DNA of 64,000 bases, from NCBI GenBank assembly GCA_965207455.1, contig CBDBMJ010000001.1, forward strand, positions 928,001 to 992,000, in the 5' to 3' direction. The notes under the pieces were generated by a model that saw only the letters and a program-made list of their open reading frames with translations, was not told where the DNA came from and searched no databases. How positions within the stretch are numbered: the stretch's first letter is position 1; each line of letters begins with the position of its first letter. Shown here in pieces: positions 9,726-19,565 of the stretch. Made by a program: the position numbers and the translations under genes. The stretch is from Bdellovibrionota bacterium. GTDB lineage: Bacteria > Bdellovibrionota > UBA1018 > CAIPTA01 > JAALKR01.

Positions 9726-10813
9726 CTCTTCCAGTAGTCCTTTATCTCTAAATTATCTAAGGTCGAATCCCGGAAAAGAGGTCGACGTACATCCACCATC
9801 ACCGCATACTCATTATGGAACGTTTTATCCTTTACCTTATCTACTGCACTCGGATGGGGACCATGGGGAAAACCAGCAGGATGAAAACTCATCATTCCAG
9901 CATGAAGATTCGAGCGACTAAAAAAATCTCCATTATGATAAAAAAGCACTTCATCATAATCAATATTCTGATGGTAAAAGGGAACTTTAAGTACATCCTC
10001 CTCAGACTCTAGGGGTCGAGGAACAAAAGAACACACCACAAATTGGGGTGCCACAAAAGTAGTGTGGGCACTAGGGGGTAGGTGGATTCGATGACTGACC
10101 AAAGGCATGATCTGATCCATATTCAAACGAAAGGGGAAGAAATCTCCCTTCCAACCAATCACATCGTAAATGGAGTCTGTGTATTCAAAAGTAGTAACCT
10201 CTCCATTATGACGTACATCTATGGATAAAACCTCTGCACCAGAATGCTGTAAAAATTCTTCCTGCTCCTGGAGACTGGGAACTCCTATTTGCTCAATATC
10301 ATACAAAGCATGGCGACCTGCAATTCCCCGATCAGGCTCTCCAAAGCTTCCACTCTTGCTTACAATTATAAAAAAAGAACTAACCTCCTTAGGTATAAGC
10401 GTATGGGCCACACATTTGGGAAGCATAATATAGTCACCCTCTCGATAGGAAAGGAGACCGTACTCTGTTAACACATTACCCTTGCCACGATGGCAAAAGT
10501 ATATAGAGTCTCCATCGGCATTACGAAAAGCACTGGAAGGATTAGTGCTAACATCCTTCCATTCCATGGAAAGCTCCACATCAGTATTATATAGTAGTCG
10601 GGATCTGGAAATAGTATTGGGAGATAGACCCATGTCGAACATCCTGGGCTTAAGAGGTCCCTTAATAGAACTCCAGCGAGTGCTGGGTTTCTTACGAATA
10701 AGATGGGAAACAGGTCCGTAAAAACCCTTTCTCCCCTGCTCTTCTTCAAAGCAACCGTTAGGAATTTTTTTGTGAGCCTGTTTAGTGCTCTTTCCCTGTG
10801 AATACTGATACAC
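9713..10813 (-). CDS. hmgA: Homogentisate 1,2-dioxygenase
   Basis: Motifs RNADGD, HLPPSAH, PFYHQNIDYDEV and HPAGFPHGP; adjacent to hppD. Confidence 0.92.
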   Translation of the reverse strand: MYQYSQGKSTKQAHKKIPNGCFEEEQGRKGFYGPVSHLIRKKPSTRWSSIKGPLKPRMFDMGLSPNTISRSRLLYNTDVELSMEWKDVSTNPSSAFRNADGDSIYFCHRGKGNVLTEYGLLSYREGDYIMLPKCVAHTLIPKEVSSFFIIVSKSGSFGEPDRGIAGRHALYDIEQIGVPSLQEQEEFLQHSGAEVLSIDVRHNGEVTTFEYTDSIYDVIGWKGDFFPFRLNMDQIMPLVSHRIHLPPSAHTTFVAPQFVVCSFVPRPLESEEDVLKVPFYHQNIDYDEVLFYHNGDFFSRSNLHAGMMSFHPAGFPHGPHPSAVDKVKDKTFHNEYAVMVDVRRPLFRDSTLDNLEIKDYWKSWQR

Positions 10814-10843
10814 GTCGATTCTCTCCTATACCTAAAAAACCAA

Positions 10844-11881
10844 TTACTCCAAATAACCCCTAGCCCTTTGATCCCTCTCTATAGCATCAAAAAGAGCTTG
10901 AAAATTTCCCTCTCCAAATCCCCAGTGACCCTTCCTTTGGATGATTTCATAAAAAATAGGCCCTATAACATTCTTTGTAAATATCTGTAACAGATAACCC
11001 TCATCATCTCCATCCGCTAGCACTTTGTGTTTATGCAATTCCTTTATGTTTTCCTCTAACTCAGGTACACGCTCCATAAGAGTATCGTAGTATGTATCGG
11101 GAACCTCTAAAAAGTTGACCTGATCTTTTTTCATCTCCATAACTGTGGAGCAAATATCTGATGTACTTAAAGCAATATGCTGGATACCTGATCCTTTATA
11201 TTCCTCCAAGTATTCCTGAATTTGAGATTTTTCATCTGTGGGCTCATTGATGGGAATAATAACACTACGATTGGGAAGCCCCATAGCTCTCGAAAGAAGA
11301 CCCGTTTTCGCTCCCTTAATGTCGAAATAACGAATCTCTTCAAAACCAAACACGTCTGCATAAAAATCACGCCAACGATCCAACTCTCCCTTAGGAACAT
11401 TATTAGTTAAATGGTCAATACGCAAAAGCCCCTTGGGACGGGCCTCCTTGTCCTCTACTTTTTCATACACAGCAGAGTCAAATATGGACTCCTCCCCATG
11501 CTGATCCACAAAATACAGTAAAGAACCTCCAACGCCATACACCGCTGGAATAGGATCCACAGAAAAACCCTGATCGGGCCCCTCATAGGGCTTTACCCCC
11601 ATTTTCACCGCATGGGCCTTGGCCTCCTCTCCATCATGCACCCTCCATGCCATGGATGGAATAGATGGGCCATGAAGCTGACTAAATTTTGCAGCGTGAG
11701 AATCTGGCTCCTCATTCAGCAAAAAATGAATGTCATGCTGCTTGTACAGGGTAATTTTTTTCCGACGATGAACTGCCACTCGACTCATTCCCATATGATG
11801 GAATAAAACATGAAAATGACTGGCATCTGGACCAGAATACTCTAAAAAATCCACTCCGTTAATGCCTAAATCTATACCCAT
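10844..11881 (-). CDS. hppD: 4-hydroxyphenylpyruvate dioxygenase
   Basis: Motifs IDHLTNNV, GIQHIAL, LLQIFT and GFGEGNFQALF. Confidence 0.95.
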   Translation of the reverse strand: MGIDLGINGVDFLEYSGPDASHFHVLFHHMGMSRVAVHRRKKITLYKQHDIHFLLNEEPDSHAAKFSQLHGPSIPSMAWRVHDGEEAKAHAVKMGVKPYEGPDQGFSVDPIPAVYGVGGSLLYFVDQHGEESIFDSAVYEKVEDKEARPKGLLRIDHLTNNVPKGELDRWRDFYADVFGFEEIRYFDIKGAKTGLLSRAMGLPNRSVIIPINEPTDEKSQIQEYLEEYKGSGIQHIALSTSDICSTVMEMKKDQVNFLEVPDTYYDTLMERVPELEENIKELHKHKVLADGDDEGYLLQIFTKNVIGPIFYEIIQRKGHWGFGEGNFQALFDAIERDQRARGYLE

Positions 11882-12002
11882 AATTAGAATCTCCCTGTTA
11901 ATAAAATGAAACTATTTGCCAAATCATTCTAATCCAGAAAACTCCATAAGAATACTAAAAACAATTCATAAAACAACGCTATGCATTAATTCCGCTCTTC
12001 TA

Positions 12003-12150
12003 TCAAAGGTCTTTTTTTCTACCCATTGCCCTCAAGGTTAAATACGTCTTTAGCATACCAGAACTTAAAAGTGCCACTGACTTTGCATACCTTTGAGTTA
12101 TCTCTATATCCGTATGCCTAGGGGCAGTTTATAATAGGGCGCGAACACTA
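12003..12150 (-). pseudogene. Tyrosine recombinase/integrase C-terminal relic
   Basis: Minus strand CTA GG CAT ACG GAT ATA GAG ATA ACT CAA AGG TAT GCA AAG reads L-G-H-T-D-I-E-I-T-Q-R-Y-A-K with one base missing. This matches the box II motif LGHxxIxxTxxY. Confidence 0.6.
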
Positions 12151-12436
12151 TGCACCGCCAGAAACACACGTTAGCAGGAACTAAGCTGAAGAAAGATCAC
12201 ATTTGCATCTTCTTGTACCATATAAAAAAATTATTTGAATACTTACTCTCTTCTTGAACATTTAATATTTTCTCAAAAAACCAATTAACCTCAAGATCAA
12301 AATACATGCTTTCAGGTTATTATTGAAAAGAAGAAGCTTTTCTAATTCTCTATATTCTATCTAATTTTATTACTTTATTTTTTTTTAAATAATTTTAAAT
12401 TGTTCCGCGAAAGTGTGTAACACTAAAGAAGTGTGT

Positions 12437-12469
12437 GAACTTTTGTTGAAGAGTGTTCAATAAAAGTTC
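12437..12469. promoter_or_regulatory. 14-bp inverted repeat upstream of lipoprotein gene (operator or leader hairpin)
   Basis: GAACTTTTGTTGAA-gagtg-TTCAATAAAAGTTC (one mismatch), preceded by two AAGTGTGT direct repeats. Confidence 0.5.
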
Positions 12470-12502
12470 TTGAATTTAAAAAACTAATGAAGGGAATTTG
12501 AT

Positions 12503-14482
12503 ATGAATCCATGTATATCTAAAGCTACGTCTAAATTAAAACGAAATATATATATTGTACTGTCCGTGATGATCGGACTAAGTGCTTGTGCTAAAAAATC
12601 TACTGAAACCATAGATGATATAGTAACAGTAACACCACCAGTACCACCAGCTGTGGCATCACCAATTTTAGCCTTATCGCAGGACGTATCCAGTCCTTCT
12701 AATGAAGCTATTCCTGTTTTTACTGCTACAGGTTTAGAGGTTGGAGGTAACCTCCAGTTATATTCCAGTGAAGATTGTTCTGGATCACCACAGGAAGAGG
12801 GTATAGCAAGTGCTGAAATGGATATAACCCTATCTTCAGCTTTGAGCGATGAGGGCAATCATTCCTTTTCTGCCAAACAAACAAATGAAGCAGGGGAATC
12901 ATCCGATTGCTCCAATAGTGTGAGTTATACATTGGATACAGTAGCACCTGGTACACTTAATTTCTTAGAAGCTCTACAGCCTATTTCTTCTACAAACCCT
13001 CGCCCTACTTTTGAAATAGTAGGTCTGGAAGAAAATACTACAATTCAATTGTATTCTGATGCAGCTTGCTCCGCTGAAATAGCAATAAGCGACAATGGTA
13101 TAAATGTAAGCCTTAGTGAAGATTTAGTCGATGATGGAGACTATTCCTTTCATTTAACACAAACAGACCAAGCAGGAAACTCATCCGATTGTTCCAGTGG
13201 TTTGAGCTATACATTGGATAGAGTTTCTGAAACTCTTGTTTTAGCCTTATCATCAGATACACCTAGTGCTTCTGGTAATCCTGCTCCCATTTTTACTTCT
13301 GCAAATTTAGAGAATGAAGCTAAAATTACTTTTTACTCTGATGCAGATTGCTCTACTTCTTTAAATAATAATGTGCCGCCTGCAATAGCGAACAACCAAG
13401 CTGTAACTCTATATCCAGCTTTCAGTTCAAATCAAACGAGCACTATTTATGCAAAACAAACAGATAAAACAGGAAATGAATCTCCAACTTGTTCCAATGG
13501 CATATCCTATGAATTTAGTAATGATGCTTTTGAATCTGTTTGGCGTGTTGGAGCGGAAGAATATGGCGATGGAGGCCTTACTGTTACCCTTCCTCTAGTG
13601 GAAGATGATGGAGCTGAAGTTGCTAATGACTATAGTTACAACTTTACCGTTGATTGGGGGGATGGATCAGACACTCAAGCAGTAACTGCTTATAGTGCTG
13701 ACATTACTCATACCTATGGAAGTGCCGGAGATTATACAATTAAAATAACAGGATCAAGCTTGGAAGCTTGGAAATTTGGAACACATACAGATAAAAATAA
13801 AATCATTGAGGTAAAAAACTTTGGAAACCTGGACTGGAAAAATCTTGATTTTGCTTTTGCTGGCTGTTCAAAACTCAGCAAATTCACTGTTGGTAATGCA
13901 GATACTGATAGCGTGACCAGCACGAACCTTATGTTTTTTGGCGCTGCAGGTTTAACTTCAATTGACCTATTTGGCTTTAATACTTCTAGCGTAATAAACA
14001 TGAAATTTATGTTTCTTGGTTTACCATTGTCTTCCATTGATTTATCTAGTTGGGATACTTCTAACGTAACAGACATGGGAAGCATGTTTGGTGGCTCAAA
14101 ATTAACTTCAATTGATTTATCTAATTGGAATACTTCTAACGTAACAAACATGGGAGGTATGTTTGCTGATTCAAAATTAACTTCAATCGACTTATCTAGT
14201 TGGGATACTACTGGATTAGAAAATGCGAGCTCTATGTTTGTTAATAATGAGCAACTAACCACAGTTAACTTATCCGGCTGGGAGACCGACAGTCTTACAA
14301 CTGCAAAGAATATGTTTAAAAATGTTATAAGGTTAGACACACTTGATGTAAGTTCATGGGGAGACATAGCTGGCGATCTTGCAAATGAAAGTCTATTTGA
14401 AGCTACTAATCAGCCGTTCACCTTAGTTTGTACTAATATCGATGGTACTTTCTTTGAAAAAAGTTGTAACGCAACTCCGTAA
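12503..14482 (+). CDS. Surface lipoprotein: three Ig-like (Big) domains, a PKD-like domain and BspA/DUF285 leucine-rich repeats
   Basis: Lipobox GLSAC, three repeats of LYSxxxCS...QTDxAGNxSxCS, FTVDWGDG, and 25-aa repeats IDLSSWDTSNVTDMGSMF. Confidence 0.85.
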   Translation: MNPCISKATSKLKRNIYIVLSVMIGLSACAKKSTETIDDIVTVTPPVPPAVASPILALSQDVSSPSNEAIPVFTATGLEVGGNLQLYSSEDCSGSPQEEGIASAEMDITLSSALSDEGNHSFSAKQTNEAGESSDCSNSVSYTLDTVAPGTLNFLEALQPISSTNPRPTFEIVGLEENTTIQLYSDAACSAEIAISDNGINVSLSEDLVDDGDYSFHLTQTDQAGNSSDCSSGLSYTLDRVSETLVLALSSDTPSASGNPAPIFTSANLENEAKITFYSDADCSTSLNNNVPPAIANNQAVTLYPAFSSNQTSTIYAKQTDKTGNESPTCSNGISYEFSNDAFESVWRVGAEEYGDGGLTVTLPLVEDDGAEVANDYSYNFTVDWGDGSDTQAVTAYSADITHTYGSAGDYTIKITGSSLEAWKFGTHTDKNKIIEVKNFGNLDWKNLDFAFAGCSKLSKFTVGNADTDSVTSTNLMFFGAAGLTSIDLFGFNTSSVINMKFMFLGLPLSSIDLSSWDTSNVTDMGSMFGGSKLTSIDLSNWNTSNVTNMGGMFADSKLTSIDLSSWDTTGLENASSMFVNNEQLTTVNLSGWETDSLTTAKNMFKNVIRLDTLDVSSWGDIAGDLANESLFEATNQPFTLVCTNIDGTFFEKSCNATP

Positions 14483-14520
14483 GAATTTCTATACGCTATT
14501 TTTTCTATCCTCTCAATACG

Positions 14521-14555
14521 GATCACACAAGCACCTTAAATGTGCTTGTGTGATC
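14521..14555. terminator. Strong hairpin downstream of lipoprotein gene (likely terminator)
   Basis: Perfect 14-bp stem GATCACACAAGCAC-cttaaat-GTGCTTGTGTGATC; no clear U-tract. Confidence 0.6.
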
Positions 14556-14641
14556 AATGGCAAGAGGGGAACCCGGCAAAACTGGATATCCTCTTTCCTT
14601 ACCGCCTATCCTAACGAAGATAAACAAGGTGAAATAAAAAC

Positions 14642-14668
14642 TAAAATCTAAGCTCAGTGTTCCGATAG
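14642..14668 (+). promoter_or_regulatory. sigma28 (FliA)-like promoter
   Basis: TAAA-N15-TCCGATAG, compared with consensus TAAA-N15-GCCGATAA. Confidence 0.65.
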
Positions 14669-14698
14669 GCATATTAAATAAATAATGTTGAGGAATGC

Positions 14699-14917
14699 AT
14701 GAAAAGTAAAAAAACTAAAAATAAAATACCGAAAAGAATTTCCGATGAACTGGCATTATCGAAAGTTTTTATAACCGTAATTGAAACACAATTAAAAACA
14801 TACGGCAACAATCAAAAGGTAGCACTTGAAAGTAACTTAAAAAAAGTAAATAAAATACTTGCTCTAACTTTTTATGAACAAGAGTTCCATAAAAAGAAAA
14901 AACTCAAGAGAGGCTAA
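14699..14917 (+). CDS. Small basic hypothetical protein
   Basis: 72-aa ORF with RBS GAGG and an upstream sigma28-like promoter. Confidence 0.55.
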   Translation: MKSKKTKNKIPKRISDELALSKVFITVIETQLKTYGNNQKVALESNLKKVNKILALTFYEQEFHKKKKLKRG

Positions 14918-16154
14918 CAGGTCTTTTGAGATGAGTAGTACCTAAAATCCCCCAGAGAGCATACCATATCCAAACACTTATGCTGTATGGATTGTGAGCA
15001 TAGTGACTTCCAATCAATAAAAATAACATAAGAGAAATAAATGCAATATTGGATACGATAATCTCACTGGACCTACGAATAAAATACAATTGGCGCATTA
15101 GACTCACAAAAAAAGCACTATACAAAAATAAACCAATTATTCCTAGCTCAGAGAGAACATTGAGCCAAACCCCTCTATATAGTTTTCCATTGCCAATACC
15201 AACCCCTAAATAATTAGTTGCCATAAGACTTTGATGTACAGATTCTAGGCTCTTCAGTACTGGCTCTACCTCCTTACTCACCACACTCTTAGATCTATCT
15301 AGCTTGCCCTGAATATACCCTTTAGCCGGATGACTCGTGGGAATCTTTGAATATAAAAAAAGAAAGTTCAGAAAAAATAAACATAGGAGAGATAAATATC
15401 CCAAGGAACGGATAAACCGCAAGCGCTTATAAATTCCAAGGGCAAGCAAACCTAGGACTGCCAACGCCATGCCGAAGAGAAAAAGATAATTTTTCAATAG
15501 AAATAAAGTACCAATCATGCACATTATAGCTAAAGCTAGGAGCCATTTGGGTAAAAGTTGCCGCTTGGGGTTTAAAAAATCCCAAAGAAAAAAAGGAAAT
15601 CCCATCAAAAAATAAAGGCTCACTCCATCTAATGATCTGGATAAAGGACTCCAACCCCAGCCTGGCAATAAATAAAAAATAAAATAACTAATGGATAAAA
15701 GAATTACAGAAATACAGTAGGTGGAAAATAAAACCTTTAATCGTACTGGAACAAGACGAACACCCCGAATACTATATTCACAAAAAATTAGTCGAGCAGA
15801 AAAAGCCACAACCAGCAGACTAAACCAACCACCACAAGCATAGAGCACAGAAAGCTGAGGATTCTCTGTAAACGGTGCAAAGAGATTTACCCAAAGAAAG
15901 TATAGGAGCAAGTATTTCCAAGGGCTAGATGTGGCAATATCATGAAAATGCCCCAAGGCTACCCGTAACCCAAACTCCCGATTCTCTGCCCAGCAACAAG
16001 CCCCTCCAGCCAAGAAAAACAAGAGATAGGATAATCGAATATTTATATTTTTTATTTCCCAGAGATAGAAATAATCAAATACTACGAGAGCAAAACCCAA
16101 ACTCCAAAAAAGAGCTGCCATATATCGTAATTTTACAGTCAGCTTAGATGCCAT
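14904..16154 (-). CDS. Polytopic membrane protein, O-antigen ligase/Wzy-like
   Basis: About 11-12 hydrophobic segments, plus LGVGIGN and LNVLSELGIIGLFLY as in Wzy_C-like proteins. Confidence 0.6.
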   Translation of the reverse strand: MASKLTVKLRYMAALFWSLGFALVVFDYFYLWEIKNINIRLSYLLFFLAGGACCWAENREFGLRVALGHFHDIATSSPWKYLLLYFLWVNLFAPFTENPQLSVLYACGGWFSLLVVAFSARLIFCEYSIRGVRLVPVRLKVLFSTYCISVILLSISYFIFYLLPGWGWSPLSRSLDGVSLYFLMGFPFFLWDFLNPKRQLLPKWLLALAIMCMIGTLFLLKNYLFLFGMALAVLGLLALGIYKRLRFIRSLGYLSLLCLFFLNFLFLYSKIPTSHPAKGYIQGKLDRSKSVVSKEVEPVLKSLESVHQSLMATNYLGVGIGNGKLYRGVWLNVLSELGIIGLFLYSAFFVSLMRQLYFIRRSSEIIVSNIAFISLMLFLLIGSHYAHNPYSISVWIWYALWGILGTTHLKRPVSLS

Positions 16155-16171
16155 AAATACGTACTATTATT

Positions 16172-16801
16172 TTAGTCCTTGGGATTAATAATAGAAATAG
16201 CTTTCCAAAGATTTAAAATATTCACATGGCGTACTTCATTGGCCTCTAATTCAGCTTCCTTCAATAAAGCATCTGCATCCCAACCATAATAGCGCCACCA
16301 ACCCAAGTGATTCACTAACGGTCCTATTGCTTTTTCCCATACCTTTAGAAGAATATTGTTACTAGTAAAATAATTTACTAAAACCAGTTTTCCACCTGGG
16401 CGACACACACGCTTCATTTCCTTGAGGGCATCAAGAGGCTTGTCTGTAACACTAATAAACATGTTGCCCCAAACTCCGTCGAAAGAATTATCCGGAAAAT
16501 CCAATTTGCCTGCATCCATTTGACGAAGACTAATATTTTTTATGCTGTTTTCATCCACTATGACCTGAGCCCTTGCTAACATACGCTCGGAAACGTCCAC
16601 TCCCACCATGGAACAATACGGCGGATACATAAGCAACGTACTGCCTGTACCCACTCCAAGCTCCAATACCTTACTTCCCTCTTTTAATTCTAAAAACTCC
16701 ATGGCCACTCTCCGACCCTCGTCAAACCGATGACCAAATATATAATCATAAATGGGCGCAAAGAGATTATATCCTTCTTCTGGTGTTCTGTGTTTTTGCA
16801 T
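16172..16801 (-). CDS. Class I SAM-dependent methyltransferase (PmtA/UbiE-like)
   Basis: Motifs APIYD, VLELGVGTG, FPDNSFD and EMKRVCRPGG. Confidence 0.85.
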   Translation of the reverse strand: MQKHRTPEEGYNLFAPIYDYIFGHRFDEGRRVAMEFLELKEGSKVLELGVGTGSTLLMYPPYCSMVGVDVSERMLARAQVIVDENSIKNISLRQMDAGKLDFPDNSFDGVWGNMFISVTDKPLDALKEMKRVCRPGGKLVLVNYFTSNNILLKVWEKAIGPLVNHLGWWRYYGWDADALLKEAELEANEVRHVNILNLWKAISIINPKD

Positions 16802-16949
16802 GAGAAAACTCCTTTCCCTTCCTTACCCATCTAATGGGAAAAAATCAACTTCTTAAACATAAGAAAATAATGCTATGCATAATTCTCCACTTCCCTCCAC
16901 TAAAAACCACTTTTGCATAGTATTGCCTTTTCAGTTACTATTTTCCCCA

Positions 16950-18725
16950 ATGAACAATCACCGGTGGCTACCAATATTGATCCTACAGATTTGCCTCCTC
17001 TTCCCATCCACACTCTGGGGAAAAAATAACTGCGACGTTCTCACCCAATCGGGAAACTCCACCCTATACCAATGTGAAAAACTAACCGTCGCCCTTCTCA
17101 AAGGAAATGCTTCCGAAAGGTACGAATCCCTAGGAAATTTTTATCGCTCTAAACATATTAACCCAACCGTAATCCACTATTTTTCTAACTATTTGGAAAG
17201 ATTAGGGAAAAAACACTCCAGCCTTGCTGCTTGGCTTATGGGAAAAATCCACAATATGATTGCCCGTATTTTCCAATGGAATACACCCAAAGATTGGATG
17301 GAAATTCCCGTGACTGGACTTTCCAAAACATACGGACTCAATACGATGGCATTGCGGCGCGCAATTCTCCTCCCCGACCTACTCATATTCCTCAATACAT
17401 TTTTAAATAAATCCAGCATAGGAAGAATACTTCCCACACTGGGGTGTACGAGCATAGTCCATCACGACAAAAAAAATCTTTTCTATGGACGTAACCTGGA
17501 TTTTACCGGCGTGGGTACATGGGATCAACATCCCATGCTAACCATACACCTTTCCGACCAAAAAACTCTCTCCTACGCATCCTTTGGCGCCCATGGCATG
17601 CCCTACGGAGGTATTACGGGAATAAACGAAGCAGGAGTTTTTATAGACCTACACCAAAGCTATGGAGACGAATATTCCATAGGACTGCCCGTTCTTCTCA
17701 TTGGTGACCAGCTTTTACAAAAAGCAAAAAACACGGAAGAGGCCATCGCTTTTTTAAAGAAATACCGACCGGGATCTATGTGGACTTTCGTAGTGGGATC
17801 ATTAAAAGAAAATACCACATATGCAGTAGAAACATCCAAAAGCCACTTCTACGTACGCAAAGAAACGGGCCCCTCCTTTGTGCAAACCAATCACCTAGCT
17901 GGACCCAAACTACAACAACACCAATGGATGGATCCCGCAGGCCTCCATAACTCAAAATCTCGCTATACATACGTCCTAAACCAGCTAGAAAAAAATAAAT
18001 CTAACTTCAATATAAGAAAACTTATTGAACTTCTGAGCTACCAGTCCAACCCCACAGGAGAAATGTCTCAATTAAACGATATTGTAAAACCCAACACTAT
18101 CCAAACCATACTCCTCCACCAATCACCCAATAAAGATACAAATATTTACCTAAGCATGGACCCAGCTCCAACATCCAGCGGACGATTTCTAAAACTATCC
18201 TTCTCTGACATATTTCAACAAGCACGGTCCCCTAATTTTAAAGGCTTCTCCTACACCGTAATTTCTCAAAAATCACCTCGCACACTAGCTCAACGAAAAA
18301 ATCAAAAAGACTCCTCTCTAGCTCAAGAAATTTATACAGACGATAAAGAGTATATAAAAGCAGCTACCACCATAAACCAACAATCCACACCCAGTGCCCA
18401 ACTCTTCAAAGCTGTTGCCCATTATAAGGGAAAAAAATATGAAAAAAGTTTAGAAATTTCACAAGCAGCTATTGCATCGAAACAAAAAATCCCACCCTTT
18501 ATTTATGATGGACTGATGAGAGTAAATATCCTAAGCCTAGTAAATTTAAAAAATACGGAAGCAGCAAAAAATCTCGCTGTTCAACTCAGTAAAGAAAAAA
18601 TTAAAAATTATGAACTAAAGGAAATAATCCAAGATATTATAAATGGAGAAGAACCATCACACCAATACCTACGGTTCTCATTCTCCACCGGCACCATCAA
18701 ATCTAAAGCTCAAAACGCTTGGTGA
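16950..18725 (+). CDS. Secreted C45-family Ntn cysteine hydrolase/acyltransferase with TPR-like C-terminus
   Basis: Signal peptide, autoprocessing G|CTS site, and motifs GRNLDF, TGINEAG and QTNH. Confidence 0.8.
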   Translation: MNNHRWLPILILQICLLFPSTLWGKNNCDVLTQSGNSTLYQCEKLTVALLKGNASERYESLGNFYRSKHINPTVIHYFSNYLERLGKKHSSLAAWLMGKIHNMIARIFQWNTPKDWMEIPVTGLSKTYGLNTMALRRAILLPDLLIFLNTFLNKSSIGRILPTLGCTSIVHHDKKNLFYGRNLDFTGVGTWDQHPMLTIHLSDQKTLSYASFGAHGMPYGGITGINEAGVFIDLHQSYGDEYSIGLPVLLIGDQLLQKAKNTEEAIAFLKKYRPGSMWTFVVGSLKENTTYAVETSKSHFYVRKETGPSFVQTNHLAGPKLQQHQWMDPAGLHNSKSRYTYVLNQLEKNKSNFNIRKLIELLSYQSNPTGEMSQLNDIVKPNTIQTILLHQSPNKDTNIYLSMDPAPTSSGRFLKLSFSDIFQQARSPNFKGFSYTVISQKSPRTLAQRKNQKDSSLAQEIYTDDKEYIKAATTINQQSTPSAQLFKAVAHYKGKKYEKSLEISQAAIASKQKIPPFIYDGLMRVNILSLVNLKNTEAAKNLAVQLSKEKIKNYELKEIIQDIINGEEPSHQYLRFSFSTGTIKSKAQNAW

Positions 18726-18732
18726 AAAAAAA

Positions 18733-19095
18733 ATGAAAAAAACCATCACTATCAATAATACCCAAAACAAAATAAGCCACACAACCATTGAAATAGAACA
18801 ATGGTCTCCTAAAATGCGCCTCCTATCTTCCGCAAAACTCCTAGGCATTCTATGGGCAATAGCACTAGCTAGTGTATTTTTACCCTTAGCCCACTTCCTC
18901 CTAGTACCCACATTTTTGATCGCTGGTCCAATCGCTGCTTGGAAAAAATACCAACAACATTCCCACATCCTACCCGTAGAATTCACTTGCCCCATTTGCA
19001 ACCATGGATTAGCACTCAAACATCGCGCAGCAAAATGGCCCATAGAAATCACCTGCCCTAAATGCTTAAATAATTTAAACCTAAATCCCTCATGA
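18733..19095 (+). CDS. Small membrane protein with zinc ribbon
   Basis: Two TM segments (PLAHFLLVP) and CPIC...CPKC. Confidence 0.7.
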   Translation: MKKTITINNTQNKISHTTIEIEQWSPKMRLLSSAKLLGILWAIALASVFLPLAHFLLVPTFLIAGPIAAWKKYQQHSHILPVEFTCPICNHGLALKHRAAKWPIEITCPKCLNNLNLNPS

Positions 19096-19565
19096 AGATT
19101 CTCCTATTGACCATAGGGAAAACAAAGGCTCGCTTTTTTTATGACGCTATAGAACAGTATTGTGAAAGCATCCATAGAATGAATCCACTGGAATATGTGG
19201 AACTAAAAGATCAAAGGAATGACCCTAAAAAAGAAATGCTGGCATTTGTACAAGCACTGAAAAAACGCAACCTACTCATGGGAAAACACAAGATTTTCTT
19301 ACTGGATGTGCTGGGCAAAGAGCACAACTCCGAAAGCTTTGCCGAATTATTGGAAAAATGCCGGGAATCATCCTATCGCTCTGTTACTTTTATTGTGGGC
19401 GGTGCTTTTGGCCTACACCCCAATATTTCAAAAACTATTCCAGAAGCAGCAAAGCTCTCCCTTTCTCCTCTCACATTTCCCCATGAACTCGCCCGGGTAG
19501 TATTATTGGAACAAATCTACCGCGCACTTCACATTCAAGCAAAAACCCCCTATCATCATAAATAA
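19092..19565 (+). CDS. rlmH: 23S rRNA (pseudouridine1915-N3)-methyltransferase
   Basis: Motifs FIVGGAFG, LSLSPLTFPHELARVVLLEQIYRA and PYHH. Confidence 0.92.
   Translation: MKILLLTIGKTKARFFYDAIEQYCESIHRMNPLEYVELKDQRNDPKKEMLAFVQALKKRNLLMGKHKIFLLDVLGKEHNSESFAELLEKCRESSYRSVTFIVGGAFGLHPNISKTIPEAAKLSLSPLTFPHELARVVLLEQIYRALHIQAKTPYHHK

Noticed and set aside
9713..11881. Pyomelanin-type novelty from hppD-hmgA lacking downstream pathway genes
   Set aside because: hmgA is intact and the remaining tyrosine catabolism genes may lie elsewhere; this is an ordinary pathway.
13732..14367. 211-aa antisense ORF with repeats
   Set aside because: It is a shadow of the BspA/DUF285 repeats on the opposite strand.
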